The notes beneath the pieces were generated by a model. That model was not told where the DNA came from, made no database searches, and worked only from the letters and a program-made list of their open reading frames with translations. From Candidatus Poribacteria bacterium (lineage in GTDB: Bacteria > Poribacteria > WGA-4E > PCPOR2b): 64,000 nucleotides of DNA. This document shows positions 63,481 to 64,000 of the stretch, one piece after another; the first letter of the stretch is position 1, and each line of letters starts with the position of its first letter. The stretch covers positions 800,001 through 864,000 of the forward strand of contig OZ244587.1 in NCBI GenBank assembly GCA_965218095.1. Reading direction: 5' to 3'. The translations under genes were made by a program, and so were the position numbers.

Positions 63481-64000
63481 ATGTCTTTGACCAATACAAC
63501 TCGACAGTCCCCAACTAAGTTGGGACAAAGGGAGTCGCCTCCACCCTATAAAATCATCTTCAACTGGGACGGGACGCCTGACGGTTACTCGGAATACCCT
63601 CAATCACTGGAGCAGTTGCTAGACATTGTCTACGCACCGATAGAGGACACGCAAATCGGGGCGCTGTTCTGGTGCCTGGGCGCCGAAGAAGCCAAGTGGC
63701 CCTCCGAGACCTTGCCGGTCATCGGGGAGGCGGAGAACTGCTTCTACGGCTCCGTGAAGAATATGCGCCGTGCCGAGGGGGTGCGAGCGATGTTTGAGCG
63801 CGGTGAAGAACTGTATGCGGCAATGGTCGAGCGAGGACATCAGATGGGCATCCACGTTTACTGCTCCATTCGGATGAATGACAATCACTTCTGGTCGGAG
63901 GCCGCTAGACGGGAGCCACCCCTTAATCCCGAAGAAATGGCGAAGACAGCAAGGCCCGGGCTGACACAATTTCGCAAAGACCATCCAGAATGGTGTCTCA
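63481..64000 (+). CDS. GHL10-like glycoside hydrolase, N-terminal part (runs off window)
   Basis: Manual translation: YKIIFNWDG...ALFWC...HVYCSIRMNDNH...FRKDHPEW. Confidence 0.7.
   Translation, partial: MSLTNTTRQSPTKLGQRESPPPYKIIFNWDGTPDGYSEYPQSLEQLLDIVYAPIEDTQIGALFWCLGAEEAKWPSETLPVIGEAENCFYGSVKNMRRAEGVRAMFERGEELYAAMVERGHQMGIHVYCSIRMNDNHFWSEAARREPPLNPEEMAKTARPGLTQFRKDHPEWCL

Overview
Bacterial chromosomal window, most likely Candidatus Poribacteria or a relative. This is inferred from a giant LRR/cohesin/dockerin protein ending in an NYPNPFNPETWIPY-type C-terminal domain. Housekeeping content: a minus-strand nuo (complex I) operon A-B-C-D-E-F-G-H-J-K-L-(M partial) that lacks nuoI and has co-oriented accessory genes or gene relics at five junctions; a TCA cluster (divergent citrate-synthase-like gene, icd-like gene, mdh); frameshifted larC; gltBD; pdxJ; rnpA-yidD-yidC-jag-mnmE; ftsE; topA; livGF. 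Mobile and decayed content: several IS5- and IS982-family elements (two IS5 copies, a MITE, an IR scar, nested insertions), many pseudogenes, and a tyrosine recombinase with an intact-looking res-like site. Most notable hidden signals: (1) a thioredoxin-TPR protein split by an in-frame TGA at W-U-G-W-C and followed by a SECIS-like hairpin (probable selenoprotein); (2) the nuo operon behaving like a gene trap, with toxin-deleted TA relics and a DUF5678-like/aspartic protease pair; (3) an 11-6-11 palindromic recombination core plus direct repeats upstream of the recombinase; (4) degenerate heptamer repeats at gene junctions. All calls come from motif recognition by eye; no searches were run.
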